Shown here: positions 1-12,261 of the stretch, piece after piece | How positions within the stretch are numbered: the stretch's first letter is position 1 | Layout of the letters: every line of letters starts with the position of its first letter | Assembly: GCA_964016885.1 (NCBI GenBank) | Contig: OZ024740.1 | Coordinates: 335,544,001-335,608,000 of the forward strand | Source of the DNA: Eledone cirrhosa | Lineage: Eukaryota | Length of the DNA: 64,000 nt | Reading direction: 5' to 3' | Position numbers and translations under genes: made by a program | The notes under the pieces: generated by a model | What the model saw: only the letters and a program-made list of their open reading frames with translations | What the model was told of the DNA's origin: nothing | The model's database searches: none

Positions 1-478
1 ATCGTCCCAGTGCCAAAGAAGGGAGATCTCTCTATCACCAACAACTACAGGGGGATCTCACTGGCGTCACTTGTGGCAAAGACCCTCAACAGGATGATTC
101 TTAACAGGATCCAGCCTGAGATGGAGAAGAAGCTCAGGGACAACCAAAACGGCTTCAGAGAGGGAAGATCAACCACCAGTCACATCCTGATGCTGAGGAG
201 GATATTAGAGGGAGCTAGAGCAAAGTGCCTTCCTGTGGTCATGGTTTTCATTGACTTTAGGAAGGCCCTTGATTATGTGGACCGTCACTGCCTGCTGAAG
301 ATCTTACAGGCTTATGGAACCCCCAAGAAGATAGCGGACCAGATATCACTGCTCTACACCAACACCAAAGCCCAAGTCATTACATCTGATGGGATGACAG
401 AGTTCTTTGAGATACTGGCTGGAGTGCTCCAGGGAGATACATTGGCTCCCTACTTTTTTATCATCGTAGTGGACATAT
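1..478 (+). mobile_element. Non-LTR retrotransposon reverse transcriptase fragment (RTE-like), breaks off into (TA)n
   Basis: ORF 10..552 has RT motifs KKGD..NYRGISL, QNGFR.GRST, FIDFRKA.D and GVLQGDTLAP. Homology ends at ~478 in a TA repeat, before the YADD motif. Confidence 0.85.
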
Positions 479-614
479 GTATGCATATATATATATATAC
501 AGTGGAGGTTCGACAAAGAAAACAGTGTTTATCTATGTGTATATATATATAGTGAGCAAAAGTGTGGACGTTAGAAAACCTTCTAGACGGATCACATTAT
601 ATAAGGAAAATTAT

Positions 615-802
615 GGCGGTGGATTGGCAGTATCGGTAGAGGGTCGGACACCATGCTTTTCAGCATAGTTACGTCCCTTTACGATCTGAGTTCAAATCCC
701 GCCGAGGTTGACTTTGCCTTTCATCCTTACGGGGTCGATAAAATAAAGTACCAGTAATGCACTGGGTAATTGCTGGCCTTGTGCCTAAAGTAGAAACAAT
801 TA
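615..802 (+). mobile_element. tRNA-derived SINE (family A), full length
   Basis: A-box-like TGGCAGTATCGG and B-box GAGTTCAAATC; 16-bp TSD attatataaggaaaat at 596-611 and 810-825; at least 6 related copies in the window. Confidence 0.9.
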
Positions 803-999
803 TATAACAATTATATAAGGAAAATGATAATAAAAAAGGTTATATATATATATTCAATAGGCAAACAGAAATAAAAAAGCAAACGACACAGTACAATGAA
901 AATATATATTATTAGGTTTACGCTGGACATTGTAGAAAAAGTATTGCAGCCTTTCGGACGCAACTCTTTCATCAGAAAGTAGAATACGAAATTAAAGAA

Positions 1000-1410
1000 A
1001 AAATAGAATAATTGAAGAGGCGCACATTAGAGAAAAAGCAAATCCATTTATGTCAGCATCTCTAGGAAAACGTTTGATACTGGCGGAAAATCCGACTCTT
1101 CCGTGATGTAAAAGGACACCAAGGACTGAGATATGTAGGGAAGAATGTCCCGGGGAAGGGAAATGACGAGCGACGGGGTTATACATGCCGATTCATATGT
1201 CACTCAAGTATTCAGCGAAACGGTCTGCCAAATGGATGTATATGAATCCATAAAGGGGACCCTGGTGTGCATAGACTACGTGGGTGGATGTGCAGGTGAA
1301 CGAGTGGCGGATACGATTGGACGTTAGTGCCTGAGAGGGGGCTACAAATGAAAGGACATATGTTACAGCGGGGACGAGAACAGTGCGGAGTTGGGTGGAG
1401 TCCTAGGTCA
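1000..1410 (-). pseudogene. Degenerate Penelope-like GIY-YIG endonuclease remnant
   Basis: Minus-strand frames read CSRPRCNICPFI, IRHSFTCTSTHVVY, LADRFAEYL and PVARHFPSPGHS, matching the PLE CxxxxCxxC + GIY-YIG pattern, with frameshifts and stops. Confidence 0.7.
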
Positions 1411-2094
1411 GAAAAGGAATGAACTACGTACACACACACACAAAACATGCAATGTGTATGTGCATATATGTATGTGTGTATATATATACACAAATAATTG
1501 CATATGTGTACAGCTGTTTATTTTAGCACTAAATCTACTGTTAATCTACTGTTAATCTACTATTATTGCAAACGACCCCACCTAGTATATGCTGTAGGAT
1601 ACACGACACAATCCTTTTGTTGGCTGTTTTATACTGGACATATCCACAAAGCTAAGGTGCATTTGGATTCAATAAGAACATTTTCAGTTAATATATGAAT
1701 GGAACGTTGCTAAAGGAAATGTTCATACCAGTCGTGAAGAAACCACTTTCCAAACAAAGATATAGACATCAGTGATTTCTCCACGTAATAAAAAAAGATT
1801 GTTACTAATACATATTATAAATATATAATATAATATAGTATAGTATAGTATAATATAATATAATATAATATAATATAATATAATATAATACTTATTTATA
1901 AATATAATATAATACATATTTATAAATATATAACATACATTGCTGTGGGGCAAGTGTAGAATGAGTAAAGTATATTTGCAGCAGTAATTTAATATATATA
2001 TATATATATAGCAATCCCAATTTTCTTCTTAAAATAAAACGAGAATGCAAATGCATTTGCTGTACCTGTAATTGTACCATTATTTAGGTTATTT

Positions 2095-2235
2095 CCAGCA
2101 TAGTTACGTCCCTTTACGATCTGAGTTCAATTCCCGTCGAGGTTAACTTTGACTTCCATCCTTACGGGGTCGATAAAATAAAGTACTAGTAATGTACTGG
2201 GATAATTGCTGGCCTTGTGCCAAAAAGTAGAAACA
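2095..2235 (+). mobile_element. SINE family A, 5'-truncated
   Basis: Matches 660-800; 16-bp TSD attatttaggttattt at 2079-2094 and 2236-2251. Confidence 0.9.
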
Positions 2236-3504
2236 ATTATTTAGGTTATTTTATTTGACAATAGTGAAAATCTGCTACATTAATATTTAAGCCTGGAGGG
2301 TACTAGCATCATCTGAAAGCTTCGACAAAATAGTAATATTGGTATTTTTCATCTGAATAATACCAACGAGTGAAGAGTCGTGAGATCAGATTCAACTTAT
2401 TTCAAGAATTGTATTGTAATATCGAAACTGCGCACTTTGTACATCAAATACAAATTTTATACATCAAGCATGAAAGGAAAAACGAAAGCAATGTCTTACG
2501 AATCGGGAGTGTACTTCCCAAGAAACATTGAGTTACACAAGATGTTCCACCTAACTTAAAATGCTGAGAGGAATATATCCCAACAAAAACCTAATGGCAT
2601 AACATACTGTATACATCAAACGTTTATGCATATGGTACATTTGAGAATGATGTCGATATCAAGAGGTAGTGTTGCAACGCTTTATCACATGACCGCTACA
2701 TGACATAACTTTTCCAAAATTACACCTTTGAAATCCAAGCGTATGTGATAATTACTAAATACTTGAAGAACAAGAGACACTGAATTCCTTAATTACAAAA
2801 TATGATATGAAATAGCTATTATGTCATAATTGTAAAAATACATTACAGCTCGAGAAATATTTTGGAACATTCTCATTAACGTTTTTGCTAAACCCAAATG
2901 CCTAGATATTTTTTTTAGGTTACAATCAAACATCCGGAGAGCTGGTTTCATGCACATGTGAGGAATTCTTTCAATATTAGTGAGGAAGACAATACTTATA
3001 AACAACTGTTGCAAAATCTGCCATTTCTCTACTCAGTTTATATTTACAATTAAATTCATGATATCTGGAATATTTAATTTAGTTACTAATGTTTGAACAA
3101 CAGGCTGGAAAACTGGGGTTTTCAACGTAAGTGATCATCAAACTCGTACTTCAAGCTAAATAAGGAAAGTATGAAATATATTTCTTGGGTTCAAGTTGTA
3201 AATCTATACATTTGTTCTTATCTTAGTCTCAAAAAATGGAAGTTTGTTCTTAGTTAATTTCGGAAGAATTCAAATAATTAAAATGTTACGAATATACATG
3301 TATAATACATAAGTACACAGGCATCTATACACATATAGACACATAAATACCACATATACATTCTTGATAACAAAGCTTCGCTTCAGAATATTCGTTCCGG
3401 CGCTATAGGCTGAAATCAACTTTGCCTGTCATCCTTTCCAATATTGAAAGCGATCTTTCCTCCTTCCCCTCCTATGTTTCTATGAGAGTAATCAGCTGTG
3501 CTCA

Positions 3505-3622
3505 GAGTGGGAAATGAAGGGCCTTGTTCAAGGACACAATGCACCGTCTGGTCCAGAATTCGAACTCACAACCTCAGGAATAGGAATACAAAGGTCTAAC
3601 CACAAAGCCATACACCTTCACA
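3505..3622 (-). mobile_element. SINE family B head (tRNA-derived, CORE-like)
   Basis: Reverse complement begins tgtgaaggtgtatggc..gtggttag..tgtgagttcgaattc..gtgtccttgaacaag, as at 50728. Confidence 0.7.
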
Positions 3623-3758
3623 CATTCACACACATGTATAAATAGGTTGACTTAAGAAATGTGTTGGTCCGTTTTCTATTATTTTTTCCGTTTCCCTTTT
3701 CCTGTGCGCCCCCCACACTTGTATTCTAAAGTCAGTCACGCGGGTTTTTTTTAACCTA

Positions 3759-3925
3759 TCTACTTATATATATAACCAGCAATTTCTGTCTGTATGTCCG
3801 ACAGTGGAAACACGTGCGTAGAGAGAGAGTGAGAGTGAAAGAAAGAGACAGACTACGAGAGGGGGATAGCGGGAGGGAGAGAGGGAGAGAGAGTGAATAG
3901 ACGCTAAAACACGTGCTACAGAAAC
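3759..3925 (+). repeat. Dispersed repeat, putative non-autonomous Helitron-like 5' end (copy 1)
   Basis: tatatataaccagcaatttctgtctgt..ccgacagtggaaacacgtgcg recurs at 4769-5060. A TC..TATATA..GTCTGTC start is typical of Helitron-derived repeats. Confidence 0.45.
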
Positions 3926-4758
3926 ATTACCTTCCCCTCTCCACTGACTTTGGTCACTGAGGCCGAGGGAATCGCTGGTTGCTATAGAGACACCTTGCAC
4001 AAGCCAGGAGTAACCAGTTCGAGGCGGTTCTGACTTGACACCATGCGAAGAAGGTTGCCATTGAATTTGTGGTTGTTGCTGCTGATAATAAGGACCATTT
4101 GAAGAAGGTTGCTACTGATGAGGTAATTTATTAATCAGATTGCGCAGTTCCATAACCTACGTTTGATTTGTTCAATTTTTTTCTTCAATTTTTGTTGTTG
4201 TTTTTTTTATTTCTTATTGAAAAAATATAAATAATAAAATAAGGTTAGAAATTTAAATACAATTAAATACGATTTAATTTCCATTTCCAGCAGCCAATGT
4301 CCAGTGTTCACTTTCGTGAAAAAATTGGAAATAATTAAAAAAATTGAAGTTTAACTTTTGAACATTTGTTTTGACAATAAAAAAATATTTCCTTATTCAC
4401 AGCTAATGATATGATTAAAATTCCATAGGAATATATTTTTCTAACCGCCAGTTATTTAAATATTATTAAAAATAAATTAAAAAAAAAAAAGAATGGAAGA
4501 TTTTGTGGATTTTTTTACCACCTTCCAAGCCTTAAACACTAATTCTCGCGAATTTGTGTTTTGTAATGACCCTCAGGACGCTGCTATTGTTGATTCCAAT
4601 AGTGCCTGGTATTCGAATATGTTAGTATACAATTTTTTGAATAAAATTAAGGTGCAATTAGAGCTGCCAAACAAAATTTTTTTCGGCTTCGGCCCATATT
4701 ATATATATATATAATGGGATGATGATGATGATATACATAGTTACATATGTATATGTAA

Positions 4759-5264
4759 TCTCCTTATAATATATAACCAGCAATTTCTCTGTCTGTCTGT
4801 CCGACAGTGGAAACACGTGCGCGCGTGCGAATGTTTTTTGCGCACGCGTAGAGAGAGAGTGAGAGTGAAAGAAAGAGACAGACTACGAGAGGGGGATAGC
4901 GGGAGAGGGAGAGAGAGTGAATAGACGCTAAAACACGTGCGCGCGTGCGAATGTTTTTTGCGCACGCGTAGATAGAGAGTGAGAGTGAAAGAAAGAGACA
5001 GACTACAAGAGGGGGATAGCGGGAGGGAGAGAGGGGAGAATTGAGGAGTGCTACAGAAACATATATACATTTCTGTGTGTGTGTAATATATATATATATA
5101 CACACACAGAAATATATATATATACACACATAAATATATATACATTTCTGTGTGTGTAATATATATATATATATATACACACAGAAATATATATACATTT
5201 CTGTGTGTGTAATATATATATATATACTAGCAGAAAACCACCCGGTGGTTGGTTTTCTGCTAGT
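4759..5264 (+). repeat. Same repeat (copy 2) with internal ~120-bp tandem duplication, ending in a CTAG palindrome
   Basis: The unit aaacacgtgcgcgcgtgcgaatg..gggatagcggga occurs twice; palindrome actagcagaaaacca/tggttttctgctagt at 5226-5264. Confidence 0.5.
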
Positions 5265-5480
5265 CATATTAATTAACGTACATCGACCGGTCTGTCTTCC
5301 TGTATTCTCCCTTCCTACTTTTCTACTTTTCTGCACGTCATTATCATTTCTCTATGTCTATACGCTCAACCTGCAGTCCTTCTTTCTTCCTATAATTCTA
5401 TTTCTCTTTCTATATATTGTTTCTCCCATGGCTAAACATTTACATGCACATTTCATTTCGTTTTCCCTTTCTTTTCAAAA

Positions 5481-5587
5481 CAATTGTTTCTAATTTTGGC
5501 ACAAGGCCAGGAATTTTCTCAGTGTATTACTGGTAAATTATTTTATCGACCCCGTAAGGATGGAAGGCAAAGTTAACCTCGGCGGGA
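5481..5587 (-). mobile_element. SINE family A 3' part
   Basis: caattgtttct..ggcacaaggccag..ttttatcgaccccgtaaggat..aacctcggcggga. Confidence 0.85.
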
Positions 5588-5722
5588 AATAATGTACTTT
5601 GATTTATAGCATCTTTCTTCTTTTATTTTTTAAGTCTTTACTTGTGTAATTCACCAGAATTTAGAAGTTTCTACCCATTTCGTTGCGTCCCAATGTGCAC
5701 TGGAATGAACAGTGTCAACATC

Positions 5723-5787
5723 AGTGCATTGAAACTGTAGTGCATTGAAACTTCAATGCATTGAAACTTCAGTGCATTGAAACTTCC
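5723..5787. repeat. 16-bp minisatellite, about 4 copies
   Basis: (c)agtgcattgaaactt repeated. Confidence 0.85.
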
Positions 5788-5866
5788 AGGGGTTGACTGG
5801 GGAGATGGCACTGTCCGTTTTCCCGTTAGGTTTTCTGTTGTATCTGTTCTGTGTGTCCCTGTTTTG

Positions 5867-5947
<81 letters not shown>

Positions 5948-5985
5948 ATATTAATAAATGGAAACTATATTTATAAAACCATATT

Positions 5986-6050
5986 TATTTTATTATATAT
6001 ATTTCAAGGGCAACCAAGGCAACCTTGGTGCGCTTTCATCAGATAAAATA
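5986..6050 (-). ncRNA. Type I hammerhead ribozyme (minimal, PLE type)
   Basis: Minus strand: TATTTTAT-CTGATGA-aagcgcaccaagg ttg ccttggttgccctt-GAAA-TATATA-TA-ATAAAATA. 8-bp stem I, long stem II, palindromic stem III loop. Confidence 0.85.
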
Positions 6051-6443
6051 CAAAATTGGTTTTATAAATAGTGACATAACCGTGGAAAACAACCTTGACG
6101 GTTGAAAATTCGCTGGATAGTGAGAAATTTCATTGAGGGTAATTCAAAGTTCTGTGTCAATATGCAAATGAATGTCCAAAAAATTGAAAAAACACAACCC
6201 TTTATTTAAATTACGCTGTGGGAAGAAGAGAGAGAGAAAAAAAGAGAGAGAAAAGAAAAGAAAAGAAAATATTAGTATATGTAGAAATAGAGTAAATATA
6301 TATATATATACATCAATGATATTAATAAATGAAAAGTATATTTATAAAACCATATTTATTCTATATATATATTCTATATGCATGTAAAACCATTATAAAA
6401 CCATTATAAAACCATATTTATTCTATATATGTATTCTATATGC

Positions 6444-6480
<37 letters not shown>

Positions 6481-6613
6481 TAAAGGGACATTTAATTTGT
6501 TGGTAATTCAACAAATATATATATTTATAACTGATTCGAAGCACTCGACAGATTTTCTGGAGCATAATATCAATGATATTAATAAATGGAAAATAAATTT
6601 ATGGAACCATATT

Positions 6614-6674
6614 TATTCTATTATATATATTTCAAGGGTACCAAAACTTTGGTACGCCCTCATCAGATAAAATA
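6614..6674 (-). ncRNA. Type I hammerhead ribozyme
   Basis: Reverse complement of the 6793-6853 copy. Confidence 0.85.
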
Positions 6675-6792
6675 CAAAGTTTGTTTTATAAATATTGACA
6701 TATCCAGGAACGAGATCTTAACGGTTCAAGGAAAGACTTGAACCGTTAAGATCTCGTTCCTGGATATGTCTATATTTATAAAACACACTTTG

Positions 6793-6853
6793 TATTTTAT
6801 CTGATGAGGGCGTACCAAAGTTTTGGTACCCTTGAAATATATATAATAGAATA
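6793..6853 (+). ncRNA. Type I hammerhead ribozyme
   Basis: TATTTTAT-CTGATGA-gggcgtaccaaagttttggtaccctt-GAAA-TATATA-TA-ATAGAATA. Confidence 0.85.
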
Positions 6854-6910
6854 AATATGGTTTTATAAATATACTCTCCATTTATTAATATCATTGATAT
6901 ATATATCTAA

Positions 6911-7474
6911 TTCTCCTACTCAACAACCAAAAACATAAAACAAAATATAAGTGCCTATAATGCATATAAATGTAAAAAAACCATGAGTATACCACCAATA
7001 CATCAAACTAACCATAATATCTCCTCTGATACAGGATTCACCAAAAGTTGTAACTGTAGAAACAAAGCAAATTGCCCATTAAAAGGAAATTGCCTTGTTA
7101 ATAACATAGTATATAAATGTAAAGTTAAGACTAAGGACTCAATTTATTCATATATAGGAGCTACCTCTAACCAATTTAAAGTAAGATTTAATACCCACAA
7201 ACACAGTTTTTAAAATGCCGCATTAGCTAATACAACATCTTTAGCTGAAATAATTAATAATTATAGAAAGAGGAATATAGATTATGACCTGACCTGGAGT
7301 GTGCTCAAAAGGGCCACCCCTTATCAAAATAATAGATATGAATGTAGATTGTGTTCCCAAGAACTTTTTGAAATAATGAAATCTAAGGATATCCTATTAA
7401 ATAAGCGACAGGAATTAATAATATCGTGTAATCATAAACTGAGAAAAACCTGTAAATATTATAAACCTAATTAA
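6911..7474 (+). pseudogene. Penelope-like (Naiad-type) GIY-YIG endonuclease, C-terminal part, one in-frame TAA
   Basis: One frame reads SYSTTKNIKQNISAYN..CNCRNKANCPLKGNCL..IVYKC..YIGATSNQFKVRFNTHKHSF*..LTWSVLK..CRLC..LLNKRQE..CNH. Stop at 7211-7213; no RT upstream (5'-truncated). Confidence 0.85.
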
Positions 7475-7974
7475 TATACACTTTAGAAATTATTATAATA
7501 ACATTTTTTTTAATTTAGTTAACCTATAATTAATATTCTACTACTGATGAAATACATCATTTTGTTTCCCTTTTACAACTATCTTTTCCTAAAATTGATA
7601 CCATTAAGTATACATATATACTGTTTTAATTTCAGGTTATGATTCTATGTTCCTTGTAATCTCTATATATTAGTTATTTCTCACTAATAATTTTAACCCC
7701 CCCCAATAATTATATATATTTTGTTTATTTCCCCTCGTTTTTAACAGCACTCTTCAATTACATCTAACTCTTATTTATCATATCTATATGCATTAATATA
7801 ATTTTATCAATATAAATATACCTATCAATTTAATTAATTTATTTTATTTTCATAGATGTAAATTCCATATATTTTTTTCACTAACACTTTTATCGTAAAA
7901 TTTTAGTCTCCTTAGATATTTACAATGGCATTATCTTTTATAACAGGAATTTTTCGCGTACCTTTTACCGACCT

Positions 7975-8443
7975 GACCCCTTTTCACCCCTAAAATAACC
8001 TTTTCATTCATCATACTCCTTCCATTCAAAACTGAAATCTGCCTTTTTCTACCCCTAAATTAAAGTTCCATTACTACAATTATACCATTTGGCCAGTTAT
8101 TACCTTTCTACTGGTCAATTCAAAACCTGTTCCCAAACAGACCTATTATATTAAATCTTTGTTGGTTTTATTCAATGAACAAATATAATTATTTCTGAAG
8201 ACAGCATATGACCTATTTTCATCCCTAAAATAATCTTTCATTCATAATATTCTTTCCATCCAAAACTGAAATCTACCTTCCTCTACCCCTAAATTAAGGC
8301 TCTATTACTACTATTTTACCATCTTGACCTTCACTATCTTTCTATTGGTCAATTCAAAACCTGTTCCCAAACAGACCTATTATATTAAATCTGTGTTGGT
8401 TTTTTTCAATAAACAAATATCATTATTTCTGAAGACAGTATAT
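7975..8443 (+). repeat. Two diverged ~234-bp tandem units downstream of the PLE endonuclease
   Basis: Both units contain ggtcaattcaaaacctgttcccaaacagacctattatattaaatct and end in ttatttctgaagacag. Confidence 0.9.
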
Positions 8444-8557
8444 ATATGTGTAGGTATGTATATTCCTTCTGATAGTTTGTAAAATGTTTACATAGATCTA
8501 TATGATACGCATACCAACACTAACATATATATCCTAGAAACGATCGTAAAATGATGA
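8420..8557 (+). ncRNA. Hammerhead ribozyme with extended (~100 nt) stem II
   Basis: TCATTATTT-CTGAAGA-[insert with atatatatgt/acatatatat and gtatg/catac pairing]-GAAA-CGATCG-TA-AAATGATGA; 9-bp stem I. Confidence 0.7.
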
Positions 8558-8608
8558 ATTTTTTTTAATATAAGAAACTGTTTCTTTGTTTATATATTAT
8601 TTTTATTA

Positions 8609-8657
<49 letters not shown>

Positions 8658-8662
<5 letters not shown>

Positions 8663-8940
8663 ATACACGGGGAGGGCCATATTTGTGTAATATTGCCAGA
8701 ATTAATAACAGAACACACTCACTGTTTGGTTGGTTTTCGCTTTTCGCTTCTGTGTCTTTTATATCGGTAATCTAATTTATTCGGTCCTCAATGTTGCCAT
8801 TGACTGACCAACGGTCAAAAATAATACAGATACAGTATAGATACAAATACATATATATAGTTTATCAAAGTTCTTTCGTTGCACATCTGCAACATCGTCA
8901 GTGGTACTACTGTTTCCTCCCATTGCATTGTATTTTCTAC

Positions 8941-8943
<3 letters not shown>
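8658..8943 (-). mobile_element. Non-coding PLE-type terminus between (TA)n tracts
   Basis: End ttgttatac..gggagggccat..ttgcca..aacacac resembles the arms at 13139/13527; contains an HHR-like motif. Confidence 0.6.
8863..8906 (-). ncRNA. Hammerhead-like motif (probably decayed)
   Basis: TACCA-CTGACGA-tGTTGCAgatgTGCAAC-GAAA-GAAC-TT-TGATA. Perfect stem II, one mismatch in stem I, poor cleavage triplet. Confidence 0.55.
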
Positions 8944-8983
<40 letters not shown>

Positions 8984-10384
8984 ATGTGTGTATATTTGTG
9001 TGTGTGTTTGTGTATGTATATATTGGCAGATCTGACGTATCACATAAAGAGCGAGGTACTAGTTCCAATTCTGCTCTCTTCTACATCTAATGAGCGAAAA
9101 TTGTTACATACCAAATGTTACCCGTGTTTGAAGCTTTTGTAAATAAAGAAAGGCTTTGCACGGGGTCAATTTCACTCTCTGGTCATCGAACGCAATTACC
9201 CAAAAAGTAGAATTAGTCAACATAATTTGATGTAAACGAAGTCGTAGATTTTATATCAGAGCGACCCTCTTCTTACTGAAGAGTCTGTCACTCTACTTCC
9301 CCAACCCCTACAAAAAATGTACTTACTTGCATGACCGTCGACTCTCCTGAGTTCCCCGCTCTTTGGCGGGTTTTCTTTTTTATTCCGGTGGGTGTTCAAA
9401 ATCACCCTCCTCGCCAAACGAGCTTGGTGAGGTTGCCGGTTTAATTGCTGCCGACCCAGGTTGTACTGAGTTACATGTTACCAGCAGCGTTGAAGAACGA
9501 GCTGACATATTATATATATATATATATATTATATATGCAGTCAGCTGACGCAAACAAACTGTAATTTCAAAGCCACTGCCATCTTTCTACTTTGAAAATA
9601 TAATATGTATCTATGTGTGCGTTTGGCTGTGTACATGTGTGTGTGTGTGAATGTGTATAGTCTCAAATTGCTATGTTCCAATAAACTGCTCATATTCCAG
9701 AATGATTTCCAATTCACATTTCATGTTTTGCACCTCTTTTGCTGTGCTATAATTCATTCTGGAATAGCTCCAATGTCATACTAATCTATATATCACATGT
9801 TTATGAATAAGCGTATGTGTGTGTACCTATGGCAGTGTGTGCGTGTCTTTGTGTATGTATTGTATATATATATATTTGTCTGAATGTTGGTATATGAGTA
9901 TATATGGAACTGTACTTATGTGTATATTTTATGTATCAATAAACTACTGCACAAGAGGACTTGTCAAGATGATACTGTGTAAAAACCTATTAATTATTTC
10001 CAATTGGTTTTTCATCACTCAGAATAAATTAATTATATTCCCTTAAACTCATACTTTTTAAACACCTACTATAGAAGTTAGGTGACATAAAAGTATATGT
10101 ATAATGATAAAGGGAGATGTACATAGTAATATATATATATAGAGAGAGAGAGTGAGTGAGAAAGAAAGCGAGAGCGGAAGATAGTAAGAGATAGTGGGAA
10201 GGAGAGAAAGAGAGGAGGTGAGAGGTGGACGATGGGGAGAGAGAAAAAGAGATGGCTTAAAAATCAACAGTCGTATAGATTGGATGTTTTCTCTCGCTGT
10301 AAATCGACGAATATTAGTGTGGATAGGTAGTTATGCAGTGAATAAGCAGACACGCGTATGCGCGTTTAACTGATGTTGTTTTCG

Positions 10385-10585
10385 ACGACAATTGTTCACA
10401 AAACGAACCGAACTTTTCGTGAAATTAAAGTACACATGGTTTAGCATTCCATATATAGGTGCACCACCATTAGCATATTTCTCAGGTTGATTCATCTTGA
10501 TAACGTGTGTGAAAAGACTGACACTTTGAATTACAGATACAATAAATTTTTGCCAGCCTAACAGACTGGTGCAACGTGAAACATA
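10385..10585. mobile_element. Old SINE-like repeat body
   Basis: gtgaaattaa..gcattcca..tttgaattacag resembles 13975-14100 and 40672-40810. Confidence 0.45.
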
Positions 10586-11177
10586 TTGTTTTACTCACGG
10601 ACACCAGTAGGTGCCAGGACTGGAACAGTTTACCTGACAATCCTGAGCTTCATGCGTGCGTGGATGAGCGCATGTATGCAGATATATGTGTGTTTCTCTG
10701 TTTTATCTGGTCATTTAGAACTATATAAATCCACCACATCAAAGATTGAAGCTGGGATTATCGAAATGTTCCGCCCGCAGCGCTTTCGCTTAATGCTCTG
10801 ACGACAGTGATTTTCTCCCTTGCTTGCTTTCTCATTATCTAGACACCATTAAAGGGAGTTACGGCCTTAAATAGGAAAGTATCTTAGAAAGTGTCATTTG
10901 TTGAAAATTATTTTTTTCTCACTCGTCAGTCAGCAAGATTTTATATTTAGAGTTCACACATAGCACCTACTTCAGGCGTTTTTATCTCGCCCCTTTATAT
11001 ATATATACATATGTATATATATGTGTGTGTCTATGTGTGTTTGTGTGTCTGTGTGTGTGTGTGTATGTGTTTGTGTGTCTGTGTGTGTGTATGTGTGTGT
11101 GTGTGTATGTGCGTTTGTGTGTCTGTGAGTGTGTGTGTGAGTGAGTGAGTGTGTGTGTGTGTATATATATATATATG

Positions 11178-11233
<56 letters not shown>

Positions 11234-11468
11234 CACAAGCGTGTCTGTGTACATCCAAACATCCAAACATATGGAGGAATGGACTGTTTCTGTATGCATA
11301 TGTGTTGTTTTCTCAGTTTTTATTCTATCTATATATAAATCAGTATTTATATATATACACGACGACGTCAATGAAAAGAATATAACAGTTTTTGTATTTT
11401 CTGAATAACTAAAATGAATCGTCCACGATATAATTGCTACATATACAAATATTGTTTATATATATATA

Positions 11469-11565
11469 CAGGTTGTCCCCCGAAAATGTATGCACACTTC
11501 AACAGCATTCTAATGAATATTCCCTTTACAGATACTCAAAGTGTGTATACATTTTTGAGACATCT

Positions 11566-11567
<2 letters not shown>
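11469..11567. mobile_element. Tc1/mariner-type MITE
   Basis: TA-flanked imperfect TIRs caggttgtcccccgaaaatgtatgcacactt / aagtgtgtatacatttttgagacatcttg. Confidence 0.75.
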
Positions 11568-11653
<86 letters not shown>

Positions 11654-12173
11654 ACGCATACATACTCGTTAGCACGTGATTGGAGTCACAATGAGAAACA
11701 GAAAGACAGAGAGATACATTGGAACGAAAAGTGAGTGAGGAAGAGCGAGAGAGAATGGGGAATATGATACAGCGTGTGAGCGCTTACTGTTCATTATTGT
11801 AATGCCATCATTCTGAGAAAAGAAAGTGAACATAGTAGAGTAATAACAAGAGTGATATGAAAACCAGAGAAAAATATATATTCTATGAGAAATTTTGCCT
11901 TTCTGTTCGATCGACAAGAAATAGAAATATAGTTATTAGATATATTACAGCTGTAAGAGGGACTAGACAACAATAGTAAATTATAGTTTGTTATATACGA
12001 CGAGACTAAGCTAGAAGATAATGATATCTCCTATTCTACTTTTCGTCGTCTTCTTGTATTCTGATATGTGACGAATGAAATAACGATGTTCCAGTTAACC
12101 ACAAAAAGACATAACAGCTTTCAGAATCCATTTACTACGTAGTTTTGCCTCTGGGCCTTTCACATTATTCTTC

Positions 12174-12261
<88 letters not shown>

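Larger units (their letters stand above)
6567..6900. repeat. Long near-perfect palindrome (164-bp arms, 6-nt loop) of a PLE-type terminal repeat
   Basis: Arms 6567-6730 and 6737-6900 are reverse complements with few mismatches; each arm carries an HHR. Confidence 0.95.

Noticed and set aside
615-700. tRNA gene
   Set aside because: The A/B boxes belong to a SINE head; there is no complete cloverleaf, and it is followed by SINE body and TSD.
930-981. CTGATGA..GAAA on the minus strand downstream of the PLE remnant
   Set aside because: The position fits a PLE HHR, but stems I and III and the cleavage triplet cannot be formed; at most a decayed relic.
5723-5787. Short repeats resembling a CRISPR array
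   Set aside because: No spacers and a eukaryotic context; it is a plain minisatellite.
7211-7213. In-frame stop in the Naiad-like endonuclease as possible selenocysteine recoding
   Set aside because: The codon is TAA at a non-Cys position, and I saw no SECIS-like element.
9325-9502. Minus-strand exon-like segment (cag acceptor, gtaagt donor)
   Set aside because: Stops in all three frames; more likely a repeat fragment.
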